Shown in pieces: positions 8,674 to 15,505 of a stretch of 26,266 nt of DNA. The stretch comes from a virus (Duplodnaviria; Caudoviricetes). Location: positions 1 to 26,266 of the IMG/VR virus record IMGVR_UViG_3300020042_001918, one strand, 5' to 3'. The notes under the pieces were generated by a model. It saw only the letters and a program-made list of their open reading frames with translations. It had not been told where the DNA came from and made no database searches. The position numbers were made by a program, and so were the translations under genes. Within the stretch, counting starts at the first letter, position 1. Every line of letters begins with the position of its first letter.

Positions 8674-8729
8674 AAGGCAAATACTTGAGTTGAATGAGAG
8701 AGAACTAAAACGAAGAAACAAGGAAAAAA

Positions 8730-9077
8730 ATGATTGAACTAACACTACCTTGGCCACCAACGGTTAACACCTATTGGAGACAATTCAATGGTCGCACCAT
8801 ACTGAGTGCCAAGGGTCGTGAGTACCGCAAAGCAGTAGCCGATCAGGTACTCATACAAAGGGGTGCAAAGCATTATGACTTTGCTCTTAAAGTAACTATC
8901 AAGGCATACCGACCTGACCGCAGGCGGCGTGACCTCGATAACTTACTCAAAGCAGTCCTTGATGGCATGACCCATGCAGGGGTTATGAAGGATGACTGCT
9001 TAATCGTAGACTTGCGAATCTTTTGGGCAGAAGAGGTTGGCGGGATGGTCAAAGTAACAGTAGAAGGAACAGAGTGA
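8730..9077 (+). CDS. rusA: RusA-family Holliday junction resolvase
   Basis: LPWPPTVNTYWR, PDRRRRDLDNLLKAVLDGM and DDCLI motifs; AAGGA RBS. Confidence 0.92.
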   Translation: MIELTLPWPPTVNTYWRQFNGRTILSAKGREYRKAVADQVLIQRGAKHYDFALKVTIKAYRPDRRRRDLDNLLKAVLDGMTHAGVMKDDCLIVDLRIFWAEEVGGMVKVTVEGTE

Positions 9078-9232
9078 TGGAAGAACCTAAATTGATTGAT
9101 TTTTTTGCAATGCTTGCATTACCTGCGGTGATCAATGCATACAGAGGTGAGGATTGTGAGTCGGCAGCATTGACTGCTTATGAATATGCAGAGGAGATGA
9201 TGAAAGCGAGGGAAAAATATGTCAACAACTGA
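9077..9232 (+). CDS. Small hypothetical phage protein
   Basis: TGATG coupling to rusA; DFFA...AYEYAEEMMKAR pattern common in small phage proteins. Confidence 0.7.
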   Translation: MEEPKLIDFFAMLALPAVINAYRGEDCESAALTAYEYAEEMMKAREKYVNN

Positions 9233-9770
9233 GCAGTTAGATTTCTTTGAAAGTGAAAGAGATTTTCTTGCAGAGTTAAAACGCAATTGGGCTAAGACCA
9301 TTGAGGGGGATGGCGGTCATTGCCCATGTTGTGAAAAGTGGGGGAAGATCAATAACTACAACCTTAATGAGACCATGGCGGCAACTCTTAAGTGGATGAC
9401 AGTAGCATCAACAGAACATGCTGGTTACATTGACATGGGAAGTAAAGCACCGAGATGGTCGGTTCGTGCTAAGAACTTTACAACTATGAAGTTTTGGGGT
9501 TTTGTAGAGCCTGCACCTAAAGCCAGGCCCAAGGATAAAAAAGTTACAGGCTTGGTCACTAAGACTAGTGGCCTGTGGCGTGTGACAGAAAAGGGAAGAG
9601 CCTTTGTTTATGGTGGCTTAACAGTACCAATCAGGGCTTTTGTGTATGACGACAGATTTTTTGGATGGGGTGACAAGATGACCACATTTGAACGATGCTT
9701 TGGGCGTAAGTTCAACTATGAAGATGTCATGGCCACTAACTTCAATTGGTTCACTTTAAGGAGAGATTGA
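9219..9770 (+). CDS. Hypothetical protein, possible Zn-knuckle plus winged-helix DNA-binding protein
   Basis: 183 aa; CPCC motif; GLWRVTEKGRAF resembles a wHTH wing; GAGGG RBS. Confidence 0.6.
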   Translation: MSTTEQLDFFESERDFLAELKRNWAKTIEGDGGHCPCCEKWGKINNYNLNETMAATLKWMTVASTEHAGYIDMGSKAPRWSVRAKNFTTMKFWGFVEPAPKARPKDKKVTGLVTKTSGLWRVTEKGRAFVYGGLTVPIRAFVYDDRFFGWGDKMTTFERCFGRKFNYEDVMATNFNWFTLRRD

Positions 9771-9898
9771 TGGACACCATTTTTAATGTCCTATTTATTT
9801 TCTTTGCTCTATCAGGATTTATTAGTTGGGGTTTAGTTTTTATTTTGTTTTGGTTTTATTGGGCAACCAATAGTTTCAGAGGAGTGAATGATGAGTGA
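9770..9898 (+). CDS. Small membrane peptide (42 aa, not in the ORF track)
   Basis: Translated by hand as MDTIFNVLFIFFALSGFISWGLVFILFWFYWATNSFRGVNDE; AAGGAG RBS and TGATG coupling; fills the operon gap. Confidence 0.65.
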   Translation: MDTIFNVLFIFFALSGFISWGLVFILFWFYWATNSFRGVNDE

Positions 9899-10223
9899 AG
9901 ACAGAGACCCACACAAGGCGGTTGACTACATCCTACTCAATGGCAAGAACTTTGCCCGAGCTAAATCAGAGCGCATATACCTCGAGGAATATCGCAAGTC
10001 CCTTAAATCAATTCTTATGAAGCGATCAATGGAGAATTCCCTTGGCGCACAGGAGAGAGAGGCTTATGCCCATGAGGAGTATTTACAGCTACTCAATGGT
10101 CTTAAGGTAGCGATAGAGGGTGAAGAGAAACTCCGCTGGGATTTGATTGGCGCCCAAGCCCGAGTGGAAATATGGCGAACAGAACAAGCAAACAACAGAG
10201 CAGAAGGAAAGGCAACATTATGA
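9888..10223 (+). CDS. Hypothetical helical/coiled-coil protein
   Basis: 111 aa; AGGAG RBS; all-helical, charged composition. Confidence 0.75.
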   Translation: MMSEDRDPHKAVDYILLNGKNFARAKSERIYLEEYRKSLKSILMKRSMENSLGAQEREAYAHEEYLQLLNGLKVAIEGEEKLRWDLIGAQARVEIWRTEQANNRAEGKATL

Positions 10224-10429
10224 GAACAGAAGAAGATGAGGCATTTGATGAGTTGGAGCAATCACTTGGTTGGCGCAAGCGACAGATTGTTCAGCGTCAA
10301 CTAAACACTGAAGAAAACATAGCCCGCAATGAGGTGCTTGAAGAAATAGCCATTGTGTTTGACAAAATGAAATCCTCTGGCGATACAGCCGCATCCTTTG
10401 CGGCATATGTGCGAGGTATGAAAACATGA
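10220..10429 (+). CDS. Hypothetical protein (MRTEEDEAF...)
   Basis: ATGA overlaps at both ends. Confidence 0.7.
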   Translation: MRTEEDEAFDELEQSLGWRKRQIVQRQLNTEENIARNEVLEEIAIVFDKMKSSGDTAASFAAYVRGMKT

Positions 10430-12171
10430 ATTATTTATCCGTGTGTTCAGGCATAGAGGCAGCATCTTGTGCTTGGCATGATCTTGGTTGGAATCCTGTT
10501 GGCTTCTCAGAGATTGAGAAGTTCCCATCAGAAGTGTTGAAACATCATTACCCTTATGTCCCTAATTTGGGTGACATGACTAAATTTAAGGAGTGGAATC
10601 TTGGAACAAATGTCAATGTTTTCGTCGGAGGAACACCTTGCCAGTCGTTCAGTGTCGCCGGACTTAGAAAAGGATTGGATGATCCGCGTGGGAACCTCAT
10701 GCTCACCTATCTTGCAATTGCTGACCGATTTCGCCCCAAGTGGTTGGTTTGGGAGAACGTCCCCGGAGTCTTGTCATCTAACGACGGACAAGATTTTGGC
10801 ACCTTCCTTGGAGGGTTGGGGGAACTCGGGTATGGGTTCGCATACAGAATTCTTGACGCTCAATACTTCGGAGTGGCCCAGAGAAGGCGTCGCGTGTTCG
10901 TTATTGGACACCTTGGAGACTGGCGACCTGCCGCGGCGGTACTTTTTGAGCGCGACAGCTTGCAGAGGAATCCTGCGCCGAGCCGAAAAGCGAGAGAAAG
11001 AACTTCCGGCTTCTTTGAAAGCAGCCTTGCTCAATACCGCGCAGCAGACGTCGGAGGAACTCTCAAAGCAAGCGGAGGAGTCCTTGGAGGAGGAAGCGAA
11101 ACTTTCCTTGCCCAACGAGTTGATGGATCAACAGATGGACGAGGAGTGACTGGACCTTTAATGGCTAGGGACTACAAGGGGGTAGACAACTATGACCACA
11201 CCAAGGTCATCCCTGTGGTCTATGAGAATCACCCTGCGGATAGCCGAATTGAAGAAATGGGTGATGTCTGCTCAACCGTGACATCAAGATGGGGTACAGG
11301 AGGGGGCAATGTTCCATTTGCGACTGCCGCCTTCTCTATCCGAGAGGATGCCCAAGCCAACAACTTCAGTGCAACTGAGTTGGAAGTGGCTACCGCACTA
11401 AAGGCATTGCAACCAAGCGCACAGTCTCACCATGCTCAGACCTTTGTGGCTCAAGTGGACTGCTACCCCATCAGCACTCAGAATGCTTTGGGAAGGGTCA
11501 ATGGACGCGAGGATTGGCCCCTTGGGCTGTTTAATGAGGGTGAGCCATCCCCTACCCTCACCAAAGCCCATGGTCATGCCGTAGCCCTTGCATACAACTT
11601 TTCTCCGGGTAAGGGGGATTTGAAAGATGACATCCATGTCACCCAAACCGATACGAGCAAGACCTTGGATGCAGTAGGCAGCAATCCCAATATGCATCAA
11701 GGTGGCACTGGAGTTGTTCAGCCCAAGGTGTTTTCGTTTGATAGCACCGAGAGCAACTCTATGAAGTCAAGCAACCCTGATAGTGGTTGCCGTGAGGTTG
11801 ACCTCTCCAAGACCTTGGACACTACTCAGCCAAACCCCGCCAAGGGTCAAGGTGGTATTGGCATCTTGCATCCGATTGCCTTTAGTTCCATTGATGATGG
11901 TCGGGATGCAACTGAGGGTCTGTCCCCAACTCTAAGGGTGGGCGGCAACTCAGGAGGCATGATGGGTGTCCAAGCATCAATGGCTGTACGAAGACTCACG
12001 CCAACTGAATGTGAACGTCTTCAGGGCTTCCCTGATGGTTACACGAACATTAAGAAAAACTGTCCTGATGGCCCAAGGTACAAGGCATTAGGCAACTCTA
12101 TGGCGGTGCCTGTAATGAAGTGGATTGGTCAGAGGATTGCTGACTATGAAAAGAATGTAGGGGGCAAATGA
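10426..12171 (+). CDS. dcm: DNA (cytosine-5) methyltransferase with an expanded variable region
   Basis: Motifs I SVCSGIEAA, IV GTPCQSFS, VI ENVPG, VIII QRRRRVF, IX RRLTPTECERLQGFP and X YKALGNSMAVPV. Confidence 0.93.
   Translation: MNYLSVCSGIEAASCAWHDLGWNPVGFSEIEKFPSEVLKHHYPYVPNLGDMTKFKEWNLGTNVNVFVGGTPCQSFSVAGLRKGLDDPRGNLMLTYLAIADRFRPKWLVWENVPGVLSSNDGQDFGTFLGGLGELGYGFAYRILDAQYFGVAQRRRRVFVIGHLGDWRPAAAVLFERDSLQRNPAPSRKARERTSGFFESSLAQYRAADVGGTLKASGGVLGGGSETFLAQRVDGSTDGRGVTGPLMARDYKGVDNYDHTKVIPVVYENHPADSRIEEMGDVCSTVTSRWGTGGGNVPFATAAFSIREDAQANNFSATELEVATALKALQPSAQSHHAQTFVAQVDCYPISTQNALGRVNGREDWPLGLFNEGEPSPTLTKAHGHAVALAYNFSPGKGDLKDDIHVTQTDTSKTLDAVGSNPNMHQGGTGVVQPKVFSFDSTESNSMKSSNPDSGCREVDLSKTLDTTQPNPAKGQGGIGILHPIAFSSIDDGRDATEGLSPTLRVGGNSGGMMGVQASMAVRRLTPTECERLQGFPDGYTNIKKNCPDGPRYKALGNSMAVPVMKWIGQRIADYEKNVGGK
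10601..11149 (+). CDS. Overprinted +1-frame ORF, candidate MTase beta-type polypeptide
   Basis: 182 codons nested in dcm; AAGGAG at 10588-10593 lies 7 nt before TTG 10601; contains the motif IX-like RYFLSATACRGILRR. Confidence 0.6.
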   Translation: MEQMSMFSSEEHLASRSVSPDLEKDWMIRVGTSCSPILQLLTDFAPSGWFGRTSPESCHLTTDKILAPSLEGWGNSGMGSHTEFLTLNTSEWPREGVACSLLDTLETGDLPRRYFLSATACRGILRRAEKREKELPASLKAALLNTAQQTSEELSKQAEESLEEEAKLSLPNELMDQQMDEE

Positions 12172-12428
12172 ACAATCAACTCACCAAGGTAGAGAGGGAG
12201 CATCTAGGCAGAGTCAAGGAACTGCCTTGCTCTGTCTGTGATCAGCCAGGCCCTTCAGATGCTCACCACATAGAGCAAGGACTGCAATACACTTGTATTG
12301 CCCTCTGTAAGGACTGCCATCAGGGGTCATTTAATGGATGGCATGGGCAGAAAAGGATGTGGTCGATCAAGAAAATGGGGGAGTTGGATGCCCTTGAAAT
12401 CACCCTAAAGAGGTTATTTTCTAGGTGA
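12168..12428 (+). CDS. HNH-like Zn-binding nuclease (Ref/DUF968-like)
   Basis: CSVC..DAHHI..LCKDCH motif; ATGA coupling to dcm. Confidence 0.75.
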   Translation: MNNQLTKVEREHLGRVKELPCSVCDQPGPSDAHHIEQGLQYTCIALCKDCHQGSFNGWHGQKRMWSIKKMGELDALEITLKRLFSR

Positions 12429-12474
12429 TTTCCCTAGTTTTTGCATTTATTTTGCTTTTTTTACAACATAGGGG

Positions 12475-12503
12475 TTGAGTATCGTTTAATTTGATATTAC
12501 ACT
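12475..12503 (+). promoter_or_regulatory. Sigma70-like early promoter
   Basis: TTGAGT-N17-TACACT preceded by T-rich UP-like tracts (12438-12462) and the inverted repeat CTAGG-N7-CCTAG (12421-12437). Confidence 0.6.
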
Positions 12504-12544
12504 AGCATCACCAACACAAATTCAGTTGGGTAACTTAAACAAAA

Positions 12545-12853
12545 GTGAGTAAACAAATGAATGCACCTCTCAACATCTCAGCAGTATCAGTAGACACACT
12601 AGGTACTCTCTTGGCTCAGATTGCTGATCTGACTAAGCAAGCCGACATGATCAAAGACTTCATCAAAGACCAAGCATCTCTAGGGGGTGCAAAGGTTGTA
12701 GAGGGTTCATTGTTCAAGGCAACCTACATTGAGTCCAATAGAAGTTCAGTTGACTACAAGACATTGTGTGCTGATCTTGGCATCACATCAGAGCAAGTTG
12801 CTCAGTACACAAAGACCTCAGCAGTTTTCTCAGTCAAGGTCACATCCAAGTAA
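12545..12853 (+). CDS. Hypothetical early protein (start GTG 12545 or ATG 12557)
   Basis: About 100-aa ORF downstream of the promoter; coiled N-terminus and beta-rich C-terminus. Confidence 0.75.
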   Translation: MSKQMNAPLNISAVSVDTLGTLLAQIADLTKQADMIKDFIKDQASLGGAKVVEGSLFKATYIESNRSSVDYKTLCADLGITSEQVAQYTKTSAVFSVKVTSK

Positions 12854-12860
12854 AGCAACT

Positions 12861-12877
12861 CCCCCCCTCAAGGGGGG
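12861..12877 (+). other. GC hairpin between genes (no U-tract)
   Basis: CCCCCCC-TCAA-GGGGGG; could be an mRNA-stabilising or processing hairpin or a weak terminator. Confidence 0.45.
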
Positions 12878-12912
12878 ATTCAAAACACTTCATAAACTCT
12901 TAGGAAAACAAA

Positions 12913-13410
12913 ATGAACTTCTCAGTAAAAAACATCAAGTCTTTCAATGGTAGAGAGGGTGTTGGCTATTCAGCAACCTTGTATCTTGATGGCAAAAAGT
13001 TTGCAGAAATCTTGGATGATGCAAATGGGGGTGAGGTAGATGTGCATTGCTTTGATGTAGATGCAACCAAAGTCTCAATCAATACTTACATTGGCAAAGA
13101 TGGTGTGCAACATACATGGAATGTGACTCCCAACTATGCCTTGTTGCACAACTATGTAAAGACTTTGCCAAAGTGGAAAAGTTCATTTTGTGATGAGATG
13201 TATGACATGGAAGTAGGCTTGTTTGTAGAAGAGTTGGTCAACAAGATTTTGGAAGAGAAGAAGTTGGCAAAGGCTAAGAAGAAAGGCATTTGCTTCAAAC
13301 TTACTGCTGACAACAAGAATACCTATAGAACTATCAACACACATGACATGGAAGTAGCAGTTAGCTACTTGAACAAGCAGTTTGGTCTTAACTCTTATCA
13401 ATTCATTTAA
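12913..13410 (+). CDS. Hypothetical early protein
   Basis: 165 aa; AGGA RBS; N-terminus GREG..YSATLYLDGKK..DDANGG. Confidence 0.8.
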   Translation: MNFSVKNIKSFNGREGVGYSATLYLDGKKFAEILDDANGGEVDVHCFDVDATKVSINTYIGKDGVQHTWNVTPNYALLHNYVKTLPKWKSSFCDEMYDMEVGLFVEELVNKILEEKKLAKAKKKGICFKLTADNKNTYRTINTHDMEVAVSYLNKQFGLNSYQFI

Positions 13411-13423
13411 GGACAACTTAATC

Positions 13424-13711
13424 ATGTTGACATTTGTAGAAGTATCAGAGTTCAAGCCAAGGGCTAAAAGGGCTGAGTTGACCCAAGACCAAATGCAAGA
13501 TTGGTTCAACAAAGTCAAGCCAACTTCCAATTGGAAGAACCCAATCAAGAAGACTCTTGTTCTTGAGAATGAGGATCAAATTGAAGATGTGATGAAGTCA
13601 ATCACATGGTTTGTAGGGGGGATGACTGATGTTGATGTCATCAAGAGGATGCCTAACTCAGTATCGGTTAGGTTTTGCAATCAAGGTTATTACAACAACA
13701 TAGGAGCATGA
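13424..13711 (+). CDS. Hypothetical early protein
   Basis: AAGGA RBS before ATG 13424; contains NWKNPI and GYYNNIGA. Confidence 0.75.
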   Translation: MLTFVEVSEFKPRAKRAELTQDQMQDWFNKVKPTSNWKNPIKKTLVLENEDQIEDVMKSITWFVGGMTDVDVIKRMPNSVSVRFCNQGYYNNIGA

Positions 13712-14055
13712 GCATGAACACAATCAAGTTAAAAGAGGCTATCAGAGTCATAGCACAAGGGGGGTTTATCAAAAGCCCAAGCAATCACTTTTCAACCTAT
13801 ACAAGCCTTTGTGACAAGGATGGACTCCAAGTAGGTAGGGTGACTCAAGACTGCTACTTTGAGGTCATGGACTGCCTTTATGGGCTATGGAAACATGGTT
13901 GTCAACTTAAGGATGAAGACTTTATGGAAAAGGTCTATCACTATTCCACAATTAAGGGTGACTTCAAGCAACTCAACAAGGTATTGGAGATGGGTGCTTC
14001 AGAGCAAACAATGTATAGGTTTTTAAAACAAAGTGAGGAGTTAGACCATGTCTGA
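13708..14055 (+). CDS. Hypothetical early protein
   Basis: ATGA overlap at 13708 (alternative ATG 13714 with AGGAG RBS). Confidence 0.7.
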   Translation: MSMNTIKLKEAIRVIAQGGFIKSPSNHFSTYTSLCDKDGLQVGRVTQDCYFEVMDCLYGLWKHGCQLKDEDFMEKVYHYSTIKGDFKQLNKVLEMGASEQTMYRFLKQSEELDHV

Positions 14056-14215
14056 AACAATCATGTCAGATTACATCAAGGGGTTCAATGATGGGTATGC
14101 CTATACCCTCAATGAGATAGAGAAACAGATCAAGAATGCCAATAGCCATGATGCTTTGGTCTTAGTACAACTTTTGCAACACCTCAAATTGGAGAAGAAA
14201 AATGACACACTTTGA
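14048..14215 (+). CDS. Small hypothetical protein (55 aa, not in the ORF track)
   Basis: Translated by hand as MSETIMSDYIKGFNDGYAYTLNEIEK...KKNDTL; GAGGAG RBS; fills the operon gap. Confidence 0.7.
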   Translation: MSETIMSDYIKGFNDGYAYTLNEIEKQIKNANSHDALVLVQLLQHLKLEKKNDTL

Positions 14216-14477
14216 AACCATGGATACCATTGTCAAGCAGTTCTTTGATACCTTGCCCAAGGTCAGACTTGCCTATTGTGACTATATTGCTCACATCATC
14301 CAAGGGCATCTCAAGGTCAATGATAGAGAGAAGATGCTCTCAAGTATTGGCATGATCAAGTCTGACAATGATCCTAGTGGCTCATTTGCCTCTACCAAGA
14401 AGACCATCATGGTTGAGGATCGCAATGGCAAGCAGTACAAGATCACTATTGAGGAGGTTGAGGATGAACAGGCATGA
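14202..14477 (+). CDS. Hypothetical early protein
   Basis: 91 aa; GGAG RBS; ends with VEDRNGKQYKITIEEV. Confidence 0.75.
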   Translation: MTHFETMDTIVKQFFDTLPKVRLAYCDYIAHIIQGHLKVNDREKMLSSIGMIKSDNDPSGSFASTKKTIMVEDRNGKQYKITIEEVEDEQA

Positions 14478-14598
14478 GATAGATGAAATGATGAGGGGGC
14501 TGCCTAGCCAACAAGAATATTATGAGGAGTCAATTGGCAACAAAGTGCTAGGGGGCTTGTCATTTATTCTGATTGTCATTACCATATGTTTCATCTAA
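14464..14598 (+). CDS. Small membrane protein (44 aa)
   Basis: GAGGAGG RBS before ATG 14464; C-terminal hydrophobic VLGGLSFILIVITICFI. Confidence 0.65.
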   Translation: MNRHEIDEMMRGLPSQQEYYEESIGNKVLGGLSFILIVITICFI

Positions 14599-14600
14599 AA

Positions 14601-14645
14601 AGTGAACCGATAGTGAATCGAAAGTGAATCTAAACCGATTCGGTT
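14601..14645. repeat. Three 11-bp tandem repeats plus a palindrome upstream of terS
   Basis: AGTGAACCGAT / AGTGAATCGAA / AGTGAATCTAA, then AACCGA-T-TCGGTT (14633-14645). Two further copies lie at 14769-14790. Confidence 0.7.
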
Positions 14646-14833
14646 ATGCATGGTGAATGAGGACACCTACAAACTTCTGACTGCTAGGAAAGACTAGCAC
14701 TTCCTTTTTCTGCATAGGTGTAGTAAAATGTGCAGACTAGCCCATGGGCTTGGCAAAATTCCCCCAAAAGTGAATCAAAGGTGACTCATAGGTCTACATG
14801 ACCTTTGTTCAACTCTCATGGGGATTAGGGGTT

Positions 14834-15421
14834 ATGCCTGAAACTAAGAAGACTGCCAATAAGTCAGGAACCGCCAAGGTTCAGGGAGCAGTTGCCTCCG
14901 AAGCCGCAAAAACCCCCCAAAAACCCAAACAAACAAAACCCAAGAGAACCCCTCGCATGGCATTCAGCCAACACATAGCAGATACCATCTGTACTATGCT
15001 ATCGGAGGGAATGAGTCTAAGACAAATACTAAAGGCTGACACTCAAGGCAAGTTACCCGCTCAGTCTACGATCTATGAGTGGTTGATCCGCTTCCCTCTG
15101 TTCGCGGAGCAATACGCACGCGCCCGTGAGGAACAAGCCGACACCAACGCTGATGAAATCCTTGACATTGCAGATGAGATGCCCCCTGAGTACACCGATG
15201 ACAAGGGGCGAACTAGCCTAGACATAACTTACATCCAGTGGCAGAAGAACCGCATCGAGGCCCGGAAGTGGACAGCAGCAAAGTTGCGGCCAAAGAAGTA
15301 TGGCGACCGTGTGGCTGTGGAGGGTGTAGAGGGCGGAGCGCCTATCAAGACTGAGGACACCGGGGCAAACAAGTTCCTTGAGATCATAAAGAACATGGAA
15401 ATGAGCAAACGTGCAGGCTAA
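14834..15421 (+). CDS. terS: Terminase small subunit (Sf6-like)
   Basis: ICTMLSEGMSLRQIL..PAQSTIYEWL HTH, QYARARE, DEILDIAD and IEARKWTAAKLRPKKYGD; immediately upstream of terL. Confidence 0.9.
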   Translation: MPETKKTANKSGTAKVQGAVASEAAKTPQKPKQTKPKRTPRMAFSQHIADTICTMLSEGMSLRQILKADTQGKLPAQSTIYEWLIRFPLFAEQYARAREEQADTNADEILDIADEMPPEYTDDKGRTSLDITYIQWQKNRIEARKWTAAKLRPKKYGDRVAVEGVEGGAPIKTEDTGANKFLEIIKNMEMSKRAG

Positions 15422-15505
15422 GTATTACATTCAAGCGCCAGCAAGTCTCCAAAAACGTGGGGTTTTATCCGCTGTTTTGGCTGATTTGGGCGGAAAGTAA
15501 TACTT

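Noticed and set aside
8423-8737. 104-aa alternative-frame ORF
   Set aside because: Overlaps the better-supported 8419..8673 gene, which has GTGA coupling and an RBS. Not ruled out for its last roughly 25 codons.
14601-14645. Short repeats as a CRISPR array, with the 4019-4789 nuclease as Cas4
   Set aside because: Repeats are 11 bp and contiguous with no spacers; the nuclease lacks the four-Cys Fe-S pattern and sits in a recombination operon.
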